Below are positions 1 through 9,410 of a stretch of 64,000 nt of DNA, piece by piece. The notes beneath the pieces are model-generated. The model ran no database searches. It had not been told where the DNA came from and worked only from the letters and a program-made list of their open reading frames with translations. Both the position numbers and the translations under genes were made by a program. Source of the DNA: Chitinivibrionales bacterium (lineage in GTDB: Bacteria > Fibrobacterota > Chitinivibrionia > Chitinivibrionales > WJKA01); the NCBI GenBank assembly GCA_038247415.1, contig JBBRUX010000003.1:32001-96000 (forward strand), written 5' to 3'. How positions within the stretch are numbered: position 1 is the first letter of the stretch; each line of letters starts with the position of its first letter.

Positions 1-12
1 AATAGCTTATTC

Positions 13-810
13 ATGGCTACTAATGTTCAATTTGCTTTATCAGACTCATCGGGGTGCGAAGGCGTTACCGTTGTCACTATTTCTGGCGAGCTGACGTCCG
101 CTTCTATCGATGAAATCACCGCATTTTTTTCATCAATTGTCGAGGATCATCCTCCTTATATTATAGCAGAAATGTCTAACGTTTCGTCGTTTTCATCGTC
201 GGCGCTTGGCAGCTTTATGGGATCCCGGCAGCGTTTTGTCGAACGAGAAGGCGATCTGGTTTTTGCTGGGCTAACGCTCGATCTTAAATCAAAGCTTAGT
301 TTATTGGGTGCGCATAAGATTTTTCAGGTTTTTCCTGATGTGCGGAGTGCACTGGTAGCGTACACCTATGAGAAAAAAGGCCATAGTCAGATGGTGACGC
401 TTTCGTTTCCATCACAATTGCGCTATGTGCCCTCTATTCGCCAAATGATAAGTCGTATTGCTTTGCAAAAAGGATATAGTTCACGCGATGCTTTTCGCAT
501 AGAAACTATTGTCGACGAAGTGTGTAATAATGCGGTTGAACATGGTGCCCAATCAAGTGAGCATAACATCGACCTTTCTGTGGGCATCGATAGCAAAAAA
601 ATTGAAATTAAAGTCATTAATCTGAGTAACCCAGAAAAAATCGAGGCACTCAAAGAGCTCGCTTCGACGGTTTCTTCCGAAGCAGTTTCAGATATGGCTA
701 ATAAACGGGGCAGAGGCTTAGCGCTTATAAAAATGCTTTCAAATGATCTCACCATAGATATTTCTAATGGCGGAACAAGTGTGCATGTTGTTCGCCGCAA
801 AGGGGATTAA
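13..810 (+). CDS. STAS anti-sigma-antagonist domain fused to an RsbW/SpoIIAB-like HATPase (anti-sigma kinase)
   Basis: N-terminal STAS pattern (ISGELT...SFSSSALG); C-terminal DEVCNNAVEHG and RGRGLALI boxes. Confidence 0.85.
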   Translation: MATNVQFALSDSSGCEGVTVVTISGELTSASIDEITAFFSSIVEDHPPYIIAEMSNVSSFSSSALGSFMGSRQRFVEREGDLVFAGLTLDLKSKLSLLGAHKIFQVFPDVRSALVAYTYEKKGHSQMVTLSFPSQLRYVPSIRQMISRIALQKGYSSRDAFRIETIVDEVCNNAVEHGAQSSEHNIDLSVGIDSKKIEIKVINLSNPEKIEALKELASTVSSEAVSDMANKRGRGLALIKMLSNDLTIDISNGGTSVHVVRRKGD

Positions 811-813
811 GGT

Positions 814-1173
814 ATGGAGTCTCAAATCGAACTGGAAATCGAAGAAATCAAAGGTTATTCCACTGCCCGCCTGGTTAAATTTGTGGGTGACCTCGATGCT
901 ACCAATGTTGAGTTCGTCCTTGAGAAGGTTGTAAACCTTCAAAATGAAGGGTTCGTCAACATTGTGGCAGATTTCAAAAAGCTTCGCTATGTTAATAGCA
1001 CAGGTCTTGGGGTGCTTTTGCATTTTAATAAGGCTGCCAAAGAAAAATCAGGGAGCTTTAAAATAGCAAATGTCAATGAAAATGTCTACGAAATCATAGA
1101 AATTATTGGAGCAACGTCCCTTTTGGAAATATATGACGATCTCACCGAAGCTATCGATTCCCTCGCAGTGTAA
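814..1173 (+). CDS. STAS-domain anti-sigma factor antagonist (RsbV/SpoIIAA-like)
   Basis: GDLDA...LRYVNSTGLGVL motif with the phosphorylatable Ser; 119 aa. Confidence 0.9.
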   Translation: MESQIELEIEEIKGYSTARLVKFVGDLDATNVEFVLEKVVNLQNEGFVNIVADFKKLRYVNSTGLGVLLHFNKAAKEKSGSFKIANVNENVYEIIEIIGATSLLEIYDDLTEAIDSLAV

Positions 1174-1271
1174 CAATGGGAAAATCTTCTTGGTGGCAGA
1201 GCGTAGTAATAAATATCCGTTAAAAGATCCGAAATTCCTGTTTAACCCTTTATTGTGTGGGAGTGGCTGGT

Positions 1272-2978
1272 ATGATGAATAGAGTTACCTGTTTTAGTGC
1301 AGTTTCTATCCTGATGCTTGGGTGTTTCTGCCAGAAAAAAGCTGAAGATCAGAAAACTGTTGCAGTTATTGGCGGCAAAGCTGTGGTAGAATCGCAGCTC
1401 GAATCGTTCAGCAAAATGAAGCGGATGTATCCAACACGTATCGATCCAATCTTTACGGGAAACAAATCGGATATTACTCTTCTTATAGAGACAGAAGTTC
1501 TTTCTGAGCTTGGAACCGATGCCGTGTTGTCGGGTAACGATTGGAAATGGAAAAAGGTTTTTTATCCAGCACAAATGTTTCTTACGGATATCCTCGATAA
1601 AAATATGGGATATACCGACGCCGAGATAGAAGCGTATTATAAATTGCACCTTAAAGATTTTACTTCAACCGTAAAAGTTGGCGCGCCTAAAGTTGATGCA
1701 GCACCTGGGGCAAAACTTAATGGAATGAAAGATTCTATTGTTGCAGGCCGAGACACTACCATTGTCAAGACGCTTGCTGAAATTCGTCAACAGCTTCTAG
1801 AAAAAATGTTTTGCGAAAAGAATCCCCCCGATGCAGCTTTTCTTGCAAAGCGTGCAACAACGGTTACCGATTCTGCTGCTAAAAAAGATACCGTTGCTCT
1901 TAAGCGAGAATGGTTCGCATCTGTGCGTAATGCTTTACCTGCATTTTTCATGAAGAAATATTATGTTGCTAAATTTAAAAAACCAATGCCCGATTCTATA
2001 TCGGTATGGTGTGGTGATGGTAAATTTATTACAAAAGCAGACATCGAAACTATCCTTGGATGGATTCCAGAGCAACAACGCAATTTTTACAAAAATGATC
2101 CACAACGCTATCGTGAATTAGCCGAATGGCTTTTGAAGTGGAAGCTTTTTTCTGAAGTTGCAGAACAGACAAAGTATACAACCACGGCCGATATTGCTTC
2201 TATCATCGAATGGGCTCGCAAGCTCGATCGCGCCGCAGATTATGTCCAAAAAGATCTTATTCCTAAAGCAAAGAAGGCTGCATTTGTTGATCCAACAATG
2301 GCCTGGTATGCTTATTGGGACGAAGCTAATCGAAAAACAGCATTGTCGGATACTGCAGGCTATAATGCAACATACCGCCGCTTAATGGAAAAAGCAGTCG
2401 GCTATGAGCTCGATAAAGTGATTTATGATGTGCGCAAAAAGAAAAACGTCTCTTTCCCTCAAGCAGATTATGCAGATGACAAAGGAAAGAATCCTGCTCA
2501 GATTGCGCTTCAAGCTGATACTGCTCGCGATTCTGGCGATAGCAGAAAAGCAGAATCACTCTATAGTATTTTGGTTACGTCTTTCCCCTTTACAGAACAA
2601 GGTGCCCGCGCCTTTGGTGAGCTTGCAAAAATCCAGACCGAAACCGAACAGTATCGTACTGCTGTCGATAATTATCGATGGGCACTCGTCTCATCAAAAG
2701 ATGCTTCTAAACGTTGCAACATGTTTTTTATGATAGGTTTTATTTATGATGAATACATGAATAATCCAGATCTTGCAGAAGTAAACTACAAGTGGGTGCT
2801 TAAAAATTCGCCCGATTGTGAACTTGCTGATGATGCAGAATTCATGGCGTTACACTTAGATGAACCTATGAATAGCGTCGAAGAACTTCGTGGTGAAGCG
2901 ATTCGTCAAGGTCGTAAAATCGATCCATCCGATACTGTTGCAGTAGAAGATGCCCCCGATACAACTAAGAAAAAGTAA
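1272..2978 (+). CDS. Exported (lipo)protein with C-terminal TPR repeats
   Basis: Signal peptide with Cys (LMLGCFC); helical TPR-like repeats near the C-terminus (FMIGFIYDEY...AEVNYKWVLKNSP). Confidence 0.7.
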   Translation: MMNRVTCFSAVSILMLGCFCQKKAEDQKTVAVIGGKAVVESQLESFSKMKRMYPTRIDPIFTGNKSDITLLIETEVLSELGTDAVLSGNDWKWKKVFYPAQMFLTDILDKNMGYTDAEIEAYYKLHLKDFTSTVKVGAPKVDAAPGAKLNGMKDSIVAGRDTTIVKTLAEIRQQLLEKMFCEKNPPDAAFLAKRATTVTDSAAKKDTVALKREWFASVRNALPAFFMKKYYVAKFKKPMPDSISVWCGDGKFITKADIETILGWIPEQQRNFYKNDPQRYRELAEWLLKWKLFSEVAEQTKYTTTADIASIIEWARKLDRAADYVQKDLIPKAKKAAFVDPTMAWYAYWDEANRKTALSDTAGYNATYRRLMEKAVGYELDKVIYDVRKKKNVSFPQADYADDKGKNPAQIALQADTARDSGDSRKAESLYSILVTSFPFTEQGARAFGELAKIQTETEQYRTAVDNYRWALVSSKDASKRCNMFFMIGFIYDEYMNNPDLAEVNYKWVLKNSPDCELADDAEFMALHLDEPMNSVEELRGEAIRQGRKIDPSDTVAVEDAPDTTKKK

Positions 2979-3019
2979 TGTTGTGAGCGCTTTGGCGCTA
3001 TGACTTGTAAATGTTGTTC

Positions 3020-3053
3020 AAAGGCCTCCAGTGTATCTGGAGGCCTTTTTTTT
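3020..3053 (+). terminator. Rho-independent terminator
   Basis: AAGGCCTCCAG-tgtat-CTGGAGGCCTT followed by a T run. Confidence 0.85.
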
Positions 3054-3095
3054 GCTGAGTGCGCCCGTGGGGCGTACCTAAAAAGGAATAATCAC

Positions 3096-3797
3096 ATGCA
3101 AATTGAAAATGGTACAGTTCGTAAATGTATACTCTTTGATATCGACAAAACACTTGTTTCATCTTCCACGGCTCATCACGATGCCTTTCAAAGCGCAATA
3201 CGAACAGTGTTTAAGGTCGAGCCACGGGGTACAAAAGTCAGTTTTCACGGCATGAGCGACCAATGGATTGCCCGGGAAGTTGCTCGAGCGCGGGGGCTAT
3301 CCGAAGCCGACATTAAGGAATTTATGGATGCATGCCTTGCAGCCATTATAACGGGCTACGAAGAAAGAGTCGCGCAAGATACCGCAGAACTTCTCCCCGG
3401 AGTTACCGCGTTGCTTGACAGACTTAAAAATGATAATCACATACTTGGACTCATAACAGGCAATTTGCAGCCAATTGCATATGCGAAACTTGGCAAACTG
3501 GGTGTTGCACAGTATTTCCCGTTTGGGGGATTTGGTTCGGACGCTTTTATGCGCAGCGATATGCTCGCATTCGCAATTTCTCGAGCAAAAAGCGAGGGTT
3601 TTAGTGGAACCAACAATGATATTTGGGTGCTGGGAGATACGCCCAACGATATCGTTGCAGCGCATGCAAATAATGTAAGGTGTCTTGCAGTTGCAACAGG
3701 CTTTTTTTCCAGCGAAATGCTTTCTGAGGCCAATGCAGATTGCATAGTTCAAGATTTAAGTGATTTACAGAAGGTTGTAAAAATTTTGTATACTTGA
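3096..3797 (+). CDS. HAD-superfamily hydrolase (phosphoglycolate phosphatase-like)
   Basis: LFDIDKTL motif I, ITGN motif II, LGDTPNDI motif IV; AAGGA ribosome-binding site before ATG 3096. Confidence 0.9.
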   Translation: MQIENGTVRKCILFDIDKTLVSSSTAHHDAFQSAIRTVFKVEPRGTKVSFHGMSDQWIAREVARARGLSEADIKEFMDACLAAIITGYEERVAQDTAELLPGVTALLDRLKNDNHILGLITGNLQPIAYAKLGKLGVAQYFPFGGFGSDAFMRSDMLAFAISRAKSEGFSGTNNDIWVLGDTPNDIVAAHANNVRCLAVATGFFSSEMLSEANADCIVQDLSDLQKVVKILYT

Positions 3798-3835
3798 TTT
3801 CTCGACAGATATTTAGATTTGGCAATAGAGCACCG

Positions 3836-4080
3836 ACTAAGAATAATGAATGCATAAGATTTTGGGCGTTCCAGCTTCGCTGTCGGGCCTTCTCCATCAG
3901 TTCTTCTGCAAGGCAGCTCCCTTGACTTTGTGCGTCAGGCAGGACTGAAGTGTGATGGATGAACAGCGTGAGTCCATCAGTCTGCAAAGACCCAGGTGCA
4001 AAGCACCGCAGGGATTGACAGCCCGGATTGCGAAGCAAGAGCACGTAAGAAGGGCCGGTACCGCAGGTAGGCGCCCAGAT
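3836..4080. repeat. Intergenic structured repeat element, locus 1 (terminal module on - strand at 3863-3890, core on + strand at about 3923-4080)
   Basis: 28-nt near-identity to 46491-46518; ordered motif and hairpin homology to 46526-46700(-) and 46800-46894(+). Confidence 0.75.
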
Positions 4081-4133
4081 GCTGACCTGCTTACGTCCTA
4101 AGTTTGGCGCCCATATTCAAAATTTTAAAAACC

Positions 4134-4673
4134 TTAGCCTTTATCCTGTTTTTTCCCAGGACTCGAAATTAAAAAGCTCTGAACTATACCAAATGCGAGA
4201 ATGAGGCCTAAAATACCAAAGAGCTTGAAGTTGACCCAGGTTGCAGTAGAAAAGGTATATGCTACTACGAGATTTACAACACCAATACTATAAAAAAAAG
4301 CAATCCAGCTCGTATTCATTGTCTTCCACTGCTGTGGATTAAGAGAGATTTGTTTGCTCATTAAGAGTTGGATAATATTCTTTTTATACCACAGGGCACT
4401 CACGAGAAGAATTGTGGCAAAGAGCCAATACAGAACGGTTGGTTTCCATTTAATAAACATTTCATTTTTAAAGAGCAGTGTTGCCCCGCCAAAAATTACA
4501 ATGATGCAGAGGCTAATCCACATCATGGGTTCAATTTTCTTTTTTGTAAGGAATAAATATCCTACTTGACTAACGCTTGCAATAAGCGCTACGAGGGTGG
4601 CGATAAAAATGCCTTTGATCTTGAAGGCAATAAAAAAGAGCACTATGGGAAAGAATTCGATAAGAAGTTTCAT
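4134..4673 (-). CDS. yciB: Inner-membrane septation protein A (IspZ/YciB)
   Basis: MKLLIEFFPIVLFF, FIKWKPTVLYW and WVNFKLFG signatures. Confidence 0.92.
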   Translation of the reverse strand: MKLLIEFFPIVLFFIAFKIKGIFIATLVALIASVSQVGYLFLTKKKIEPMMWISLCIIVIFGGATLLFKNEMFIKWKPTVLYWLFATILLVSALWYKKNIIQLLMSKQISLNPQQWKTMNTSWIAFFYSIGVVNLVVAYTFSTATWVNFKLFGILGLILAFGIVQSFLISSPGKKQDKG

Positions 4674-4721
4674 ACAAGCCTCTGTGGGGTGGGGGATACT
4701 TAAGAACCTACTGTCGGTCGT

Positions 4722-5147
4722 TTATATAAGAGAATCCTGAACCGATTTAAAAAACTCTTTGTCTTTGGGATGTGATAGGAGATCTGCAACATCGTGAAGG
4801 GGAACCCAACGGGCAACCGGATTATGAGGATCCTTGGGGGAGAGGATGATCTGATTCGACCGATAAAGATACAGAACAATTGTTTTTAGTTCCGAAATGT
4901 CGTCTGTATTTTCTTGCGTTAATTTATAGCGGTCGTAGGATCCAAGGTCTCGAATATAGACAAGATCGGAAACGCCAGATTCTTCGTATATTTCCCGTGC
5001 AGCAGCATCTCTATCCGATTCGCCCGCTTCTACATGGCCTTTGGGTAAAGACCATGATTGTCCTCGTTGGTTTACCACAAGGATTGCATTGCGAGGGCCA
5101 ATAACTACTCCCCCGGCGCTGATAGTGTGCTTTATGGGCGCTGGCAT
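4722..5147 (-). CDS. NUDIX hydrolase
   Basis: Nudix box PKGHVEAGESDRDAAAREIYEESG. Confidence 0.92.
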   Translation of the reverse strand: MPAPIKHTISAGGVVIGPRNAILVVNQRGQSWSLPKGHVEAGESDRDAAAREIYEESGVSDLVYIRDLGSYDRYKLTQENTDDISELKTIVLYLYRSNQIILSPKDPHNPVARWVPLHDVADLLSHPKDKEFFKSVQDSLI

Positions 5148-5827
5148 TAGGCTTGCTTTTGGGCGTTTTCGAGTTTTGAGATAGTATCGCGAAGGCGCGC
5201 TGCAGATTCGTAGTTTTCTTCTTTAATGGCTGTTGATAATTGAATTTTGAGACTTACTACATCGGATTGTGTGCCATCGGCAATAGTTGGTGCTAAAAGA
5301 TCCGTAGCGACACTCTCGATGTTTTGGGCCACCTCAATGTGTGGTATTTCTTCTGGTGTACTTTCGAGAAAGTTTTGCGGCACAGGGATAATGTTGCCAT
5401 TCTCTTCGGTAAACAGTTTTCCTTCTTGATTCATGAGCTGGTCGTCGACGTATATGGGAACACCGCCACGCAGTGCAATACCTACCGCATCGCTAGGGCG
5501 AGCATCAATCTCGATACGGGCAGCTTGAGTGCCATCTTCAATTACTTGGTGCTGACTCAAAATGAGTTTAGCATAAAAAGTTTCGTTTTCGACTTTCCAG
5601 ATTTCTGCGCAAATCAAATCTGCATGCAAATTATTGATAAGTGATAGCGAAAGGTCGTGAGTGAGCGGCCTCGACGGAACTTCACCCTTAAGATGAGAAT
5701 CTATTGCAGTAGCCTCCAGAGGCCCTATAAATATCGGTAGAACCCGGGTACCATGCTCTTCCTTTAACAGAAGTGCTATTCCATAATCGGCAAGTACTGC
5801 CACGGCAGTAACGGAAACGGCAATCAT
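5147..5827 (-). CDS. Bifunctional nuclease (DUF151) family protein with C-terminal UVR domain
   Basis: LPIFIGPLEA, RPLTHDL, IDARPSDAVGIALR; C-terminal AIKEENYESAARLRD. Confidence 0.9.
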   Translation of the reverse strand: MIAVSVTAVAVLADYGIALLLKEEHGTRVLPIFIGPLEATAIDSHLKGEVPSRPLTHDLSLSLINNLHADLICAEIWKVENETFYAKLILSQHQVIEDGTQAARIEIDARPSDAVGIALRGGVPIYVDDQLMNQEGKLFTEENGNIIPVPQNFLESTPEEIPHIEVAQNIESVATDLLAPTIADGTQSDVVSLKIQLSTAIKEENYESAARLRDTISKLENAQKQA

Positions 5828-5844
5828 AAGTATCTTTCTTCTGC

Positions 5845-7134
5845 TTAAAATCCATCGACTTCGATGGTCTGCAAGCGTTGTGGACCGGTAGAGACAATGA
5901 GAATTTTTGTACTATAGCACAGAGCTTTAAGTCGTTCGATATAATTACGCGCTTGTATCGGAAATTCGTCAATTGAGCTGCACGTAGCTGTTGGCTTGTT
6001 CCATCCTGGCAACGTTTCGTATACGGGGATAACATGCGCAAGCAGCGAAGGATCCGAAGGAAAAATATCGGTTTTTATCCCATTAATCATGTAATGCGTA
6101 CAGATTTTGACTTCTGGCAAGCCATCAAGTACATCGAGTTTTGTGAGTGCAAGACGTGTAATTCCATTAAGCTCAATAGCTTTGCGAAGCATTACAGAGT
6201 CGAACCATCCACAGCGACGAGGGCGTCCTGTTGTAGCACCAAATTCACCACCGATAGTTCGAATTTTTTCGCCGAGATCATCGAGAAGCTCTGTTGGAAA
6301 TGGACCATTGCCCACGCGGGTTGTATATGTTTTAACAATCCCCACGACTTCGTCGATTGCTGTAGGTCCCACGCCGCTTCCTGTGCAAGCAGACCCGGCT
6401 ATAGTATTGGATGATGTTACAAAAGGATAGGTGCCATGGTCGATATCTAAAAAGGTTCCTTGAGCGCCTTCGAACAAGAGCTTCTTACCTTCTTTGGTTG
6501 CTTTGAAAATTCTTGTGCTCGTATCATCGATATAGGGAAGCATTCTAGACCTAATAACTGAAAATTCTTCGAGCAGTGTGTCTAGCTTGAGGTCGAATGG
6601 AATGCAATACACTTTTTCCACAAATTCTTTTTTATCGTCAAACGCGTGCTCTACCAGTTGAACGAAATGTTCCCAATTGCGAAGGTCTCCAACACGAATG
6701 CCAGTACGGTATGCTTTGTCTGCATACGCGGGGCCTATGCCGCGACCCGTTGTCCCAATTTTGCCTGCTGCCATTTTAGCCTCGGAGGCTTTGTCTTGAA
6801 TTTTATGGTACGGCAGCACTAAATGAGCTTGATCCGAAACAAACAGCCGATTATCGAGCTTAACGCCTTTGGCAGCCAATTCATCGGTTTCGAGAAGGAA
6901 TTGAGCAGGGTCGAAAACCACGCCGTTGCCAACAATACAGATTTTATTGGGGTATAAAATGCCCGATGGCACCATATGAAAGACAAATTTGGCATCGTTA
7001 TGAATTACGGTATGGCCAGCGTTAGCTCCTCCCTGAAATCGGATGATGACATCAGATTTTTCGGTAAGGAAGTCTACTACTTTTGCTTTTCCTTCATCAC
7101 CCCATTGAGCGCCGACGATTATTACATTGGGCAC
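5845..7134 (-). CDS. purA: Adenylosuccinate synthetase
   Basis: GAQWGDEGK, GGANAGHT, GATTGRPRRCGW; likely GTG start at 7134 after AGGAGAGG. Confidence 0.97.
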   Translation of the reverse strand: MPNVIIVGAQWGDEGKAKVVDFLTEKSDVIIRFQGGANAGHTVIHNDAKFVFHMVPSGILYPNKICIVGNGVVFDPAQFLLETDELAAKGVKLDNRLFVSDQAHLVLPYHKIQDKASEAKMAAGKIGTTGRGIGPAYADKAYRTGIRVGDLRNWEHFVQLVEHAFDDKKEFVEKVYCIPFDLKLDTLLEEFSVIRSRMLPYIDDTSTRIFKATKEGKKLLFEGAQGTFLDIDHGTYPFVTSSNTIAGSACTGSGVGPTAIDEVVGIVKTYTTRVGNGPFPTELLDDLGEKIRTIGGEFGATTGRPRRCGWFDSVMLRKAIELNGITRLALTKLDVLDGLPEVKICTHYMINGIKTDIFPSDPSLLAHVIPVYETLPGWNKPTATCSSIDEFPIQARNYIERLKALCYSTKILIVSTGPQRLQTIEVDGF

Positions 7135-7426
7135 GGTACGTTCCTCTCCTCTGAATTCCAAACGTAGATTATGATAATTACGCGGGATTCACATTCATCG
7201 TGGTTTAATTCGGTAGCCATGAAAATATTATGAAGAATAATAACGATGGCAAACCTTTTAAAAATACTTCGCGAGAGGGGGGGAGTCAAAAAAAGGATTG
7301 TGTCGATATTTTTATAGCGAGCGGATTATGCAAAAAAAACTTGGCATTCTGCGCAATTTGGGGTATAGTTAAAATGTTCTGTCAAGATTTGATTGGTGCT
7401 CTTCCATGTTTCCTATGAGGTAATGT

Positions 7427-7780
7427 ATGAAAATACTTGTGATCGAAGACGATCCGTCAATACGGCTGCTTACTCAAGAAATTCTTTCCGAAGCTGGATA
7501 TGCCATTTACACGGTGTCTACGGGAGAGGATGGCTTGCGATTTCTCCAAACAACACCAGTTGACCTTATTGTAACCGATCTCATGATGGAAGGGCTTTCG
7601 GGCGTGGAGCTCTTGTATGCGTTGCGAAAGCTCAAAATACCTGTGATTACCATTTCTGGTTTAAGCCGCGAAGTGATTATCGATGAACTGCTTTCGGAGA
7701 TGCATGTGCGCGGTGTTTTGCAAAAGCCTTTTAAAGAGGCCGACTTACTCGATAAAGTTTCACACGCTCTGCATCGTTAA
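7427..7780 (+). CDS. Single-domain response regulator (CheY-like receiver)
   Basis: ILVIEDD, DLIVTDLMM, QKPF. Confidence 0.92.
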   Translation: MKILVIEDDPSIRLLTQEILSEAGYAIYTVSTGEDGLRFLQTTPVDLIVTDLMMEGLSGVELLYALRKLKIPVITISGLSREVIIDELLSEMHVRGVLQKPFKEADLLDKVSHALHR

Positions 7781-9192
7781 GCAATGTTTGGGGTTTCTGA
7801 TGGGGTCACAATTTTTGGTTGTCGCTTTTTGCGGCGTCGATCACCCACTTGTCCGCGTCTGAGCAATTCTACCGACGTTAAGCACGTGCTAAGCCACACA
7901 ATTCCGCCTGCCAATCCGCACAAAACATCGCTGAGATAATTTTCTCCCAGGTACAGCCTGCTAAAACTGATGGTCAGAACAAGAAAAAGAGTAGTGAGAA
8001 TTACCGCAGTTTTTGTGTTCCATCGTGTGATGTCCAAAAGCAAAAAGTAGGCTAATGCGCCATAAACAATAAACGATTCCATAGCATGAGCACTTGGAAA
8101 GCTAAATCCAAAACCAGAAATGGCATAGATATTTGTGGGGTCGGGGCTCGAACGTCCATACGAAATTTTGAGCACATACACAAGTATTTGGCCGCCAAGT
8201 ACCGTTATCGCCAGAGCCCAGGCTTTGAGCCATTTTTTTCGAATTAGAAATAAGAGAAAAAATCCAAGCGAGCATGCCACAACCCCGTAGGAACCAAGAC
8301 TTGTAACAATGGTAAAGATCTTTGATGCAAAAGGGGTTGCTGCTTCTTGCAGAAAAACCAGCGTCGTCTGATCCCAGAGGGCCAATGTTGCGTTTGTAAA
8401 TGAGCTATGGGCAAGTCGGACAAAGGTGATAAGTCCCGCTATTGCAATAAAAAGGCCTGTTGTTATATGGAGAATGGTGTATTGCCCGGCAGTCCAATGG
8501 CGCAGCACCCAATGTATTTGAAATGAATATTTTGTTGTGACACGCGTTAGAAGCGAGGTTGATAACCACGTTTTAAAACCTGTGATAACCTTGTTTTGAT
8601 TGCGAGACAGCCACCGCCAGAGAATGGTGAAGGCGATAATGAGAACCACAGGTATCGAAAGTGCCCATCCTACTTTACGGGCAATAGATTCAAGCAACGC
8701 TAGATTTTGTCCAAAAAGATATCCGAGCATTCCAAAGCAGAGAGCCCAAACAATTCCGCCCATGGCATTATAAAGGAGGAATTTTTTATATGACATATGC
8801 CAAATGCCAGCAAAGAGCGCTGCATAGGTGCGTAAAAGAGAAAAAAATCTGCCAAAAAAAACAGTCATTGCTCCATGTCGATGAAAAAGGGTTTCTAGCT
8901 TTTTCATTCGTGCGGGTGTGAGATGAAGCCATTTCCCATATTTTTCTACAAAGGGTCTACCAAATCTGCGACCAATCCAATATCCTCCGGCATCGCCAAT
9001 TATTGCTCCCGCAGCAGCACAAATAATTACAAGAGCAATATTTAATCGTCCTGCGCCTGCATATGCCGCAGCGATAACCAATGCGGTTTCACCTGGCATG
9101 GGTACTCCCATGCTTTCAATCATTATGGCTAAACCAACAATGATGTACCCGTATTTTTCGATGAGTTCGCTAAGAAACGAAAGAATTTCCAT
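7777..9192 (-). CDS. DedA/PAP2 phosphatase fusion membrane protein
   Basis: DedA motifs ESMGVPMPGE and FFGRFFSLLR; PAP2 motifs SFPSAHA and SRLYLGENYLSDV. Confidence 0.9.
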   Translation of the reverse strand: MEILSFLSELIEKYGYIIVGLAIMIESMGVPMPGETALVIAAAYAGAGRLNIALVIICAAAGAIIGDAGGYWIGRRFGRPFVEKYGKWLHLTPARMKKLETLFHRHGAMTVFFGRFFSLLRTYAALFAGIWHMSYKKFLLYNAMGGIVWALCFGMLGYLFGQNLALLESIARKVGWALSIPVVLIIAFTILWRWLSRNQNKVITGFKTWLSTSLLTRVTTKYSFQIHWVLRHWTAGQYTILHITTGLFIAIAGLITFVRLAHSSFTNATLALWDQTTLVFLQEAATPFASKIFTIVTSLGSYGVVACSLGFFLLFLIRKKWLKAWALAITVLGGQILVYVLKISYGRSSPDPTNIYAISGFGFSFPSAHAMESFIVYGALAYFLLLDITRWNTKTAVILTTLFLVLTISFSRLYLGENYLSDVLCGLAGGIVWLSTCLTSVELLRRGQVGDRRRKKRQPKIVTPSETPNIA

Positions 9193-9410
9193 AGGCCTGT
9201 TCCAATTACATATATAAAGCGTGAAATGTCTGCGGGTGCTTATGAACTGGCCTCCAGGGGGCCTTGTATTTGGATTATATCGTTATCGTCCTGCGGGGGC
9301 AATAGCATAGTAATGGTTTATTCATTAGAATTTTTAGCAGCATCGTATTTTACTCAATGCATCGGGAAGAAGCATAATAATGAGACTCCTAGAAGGGTTA
9401 AGGAACGTTT

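Noticed and set aside
3601..4044. 147-aa ORF on the - strand (and 46549-46752 on +)
   Set aside because: They overlap the HAD gene or the structured element, show no protein motif, and are best explained as chance frames.
3923..4080. Hammerhead, HDV-like or theta ribozyme assignment for the element
   Set aside because: I could not place a CUGANGA/GAAA core or an HDV double pseudoknot by eye; left unassigned pending cmscan.
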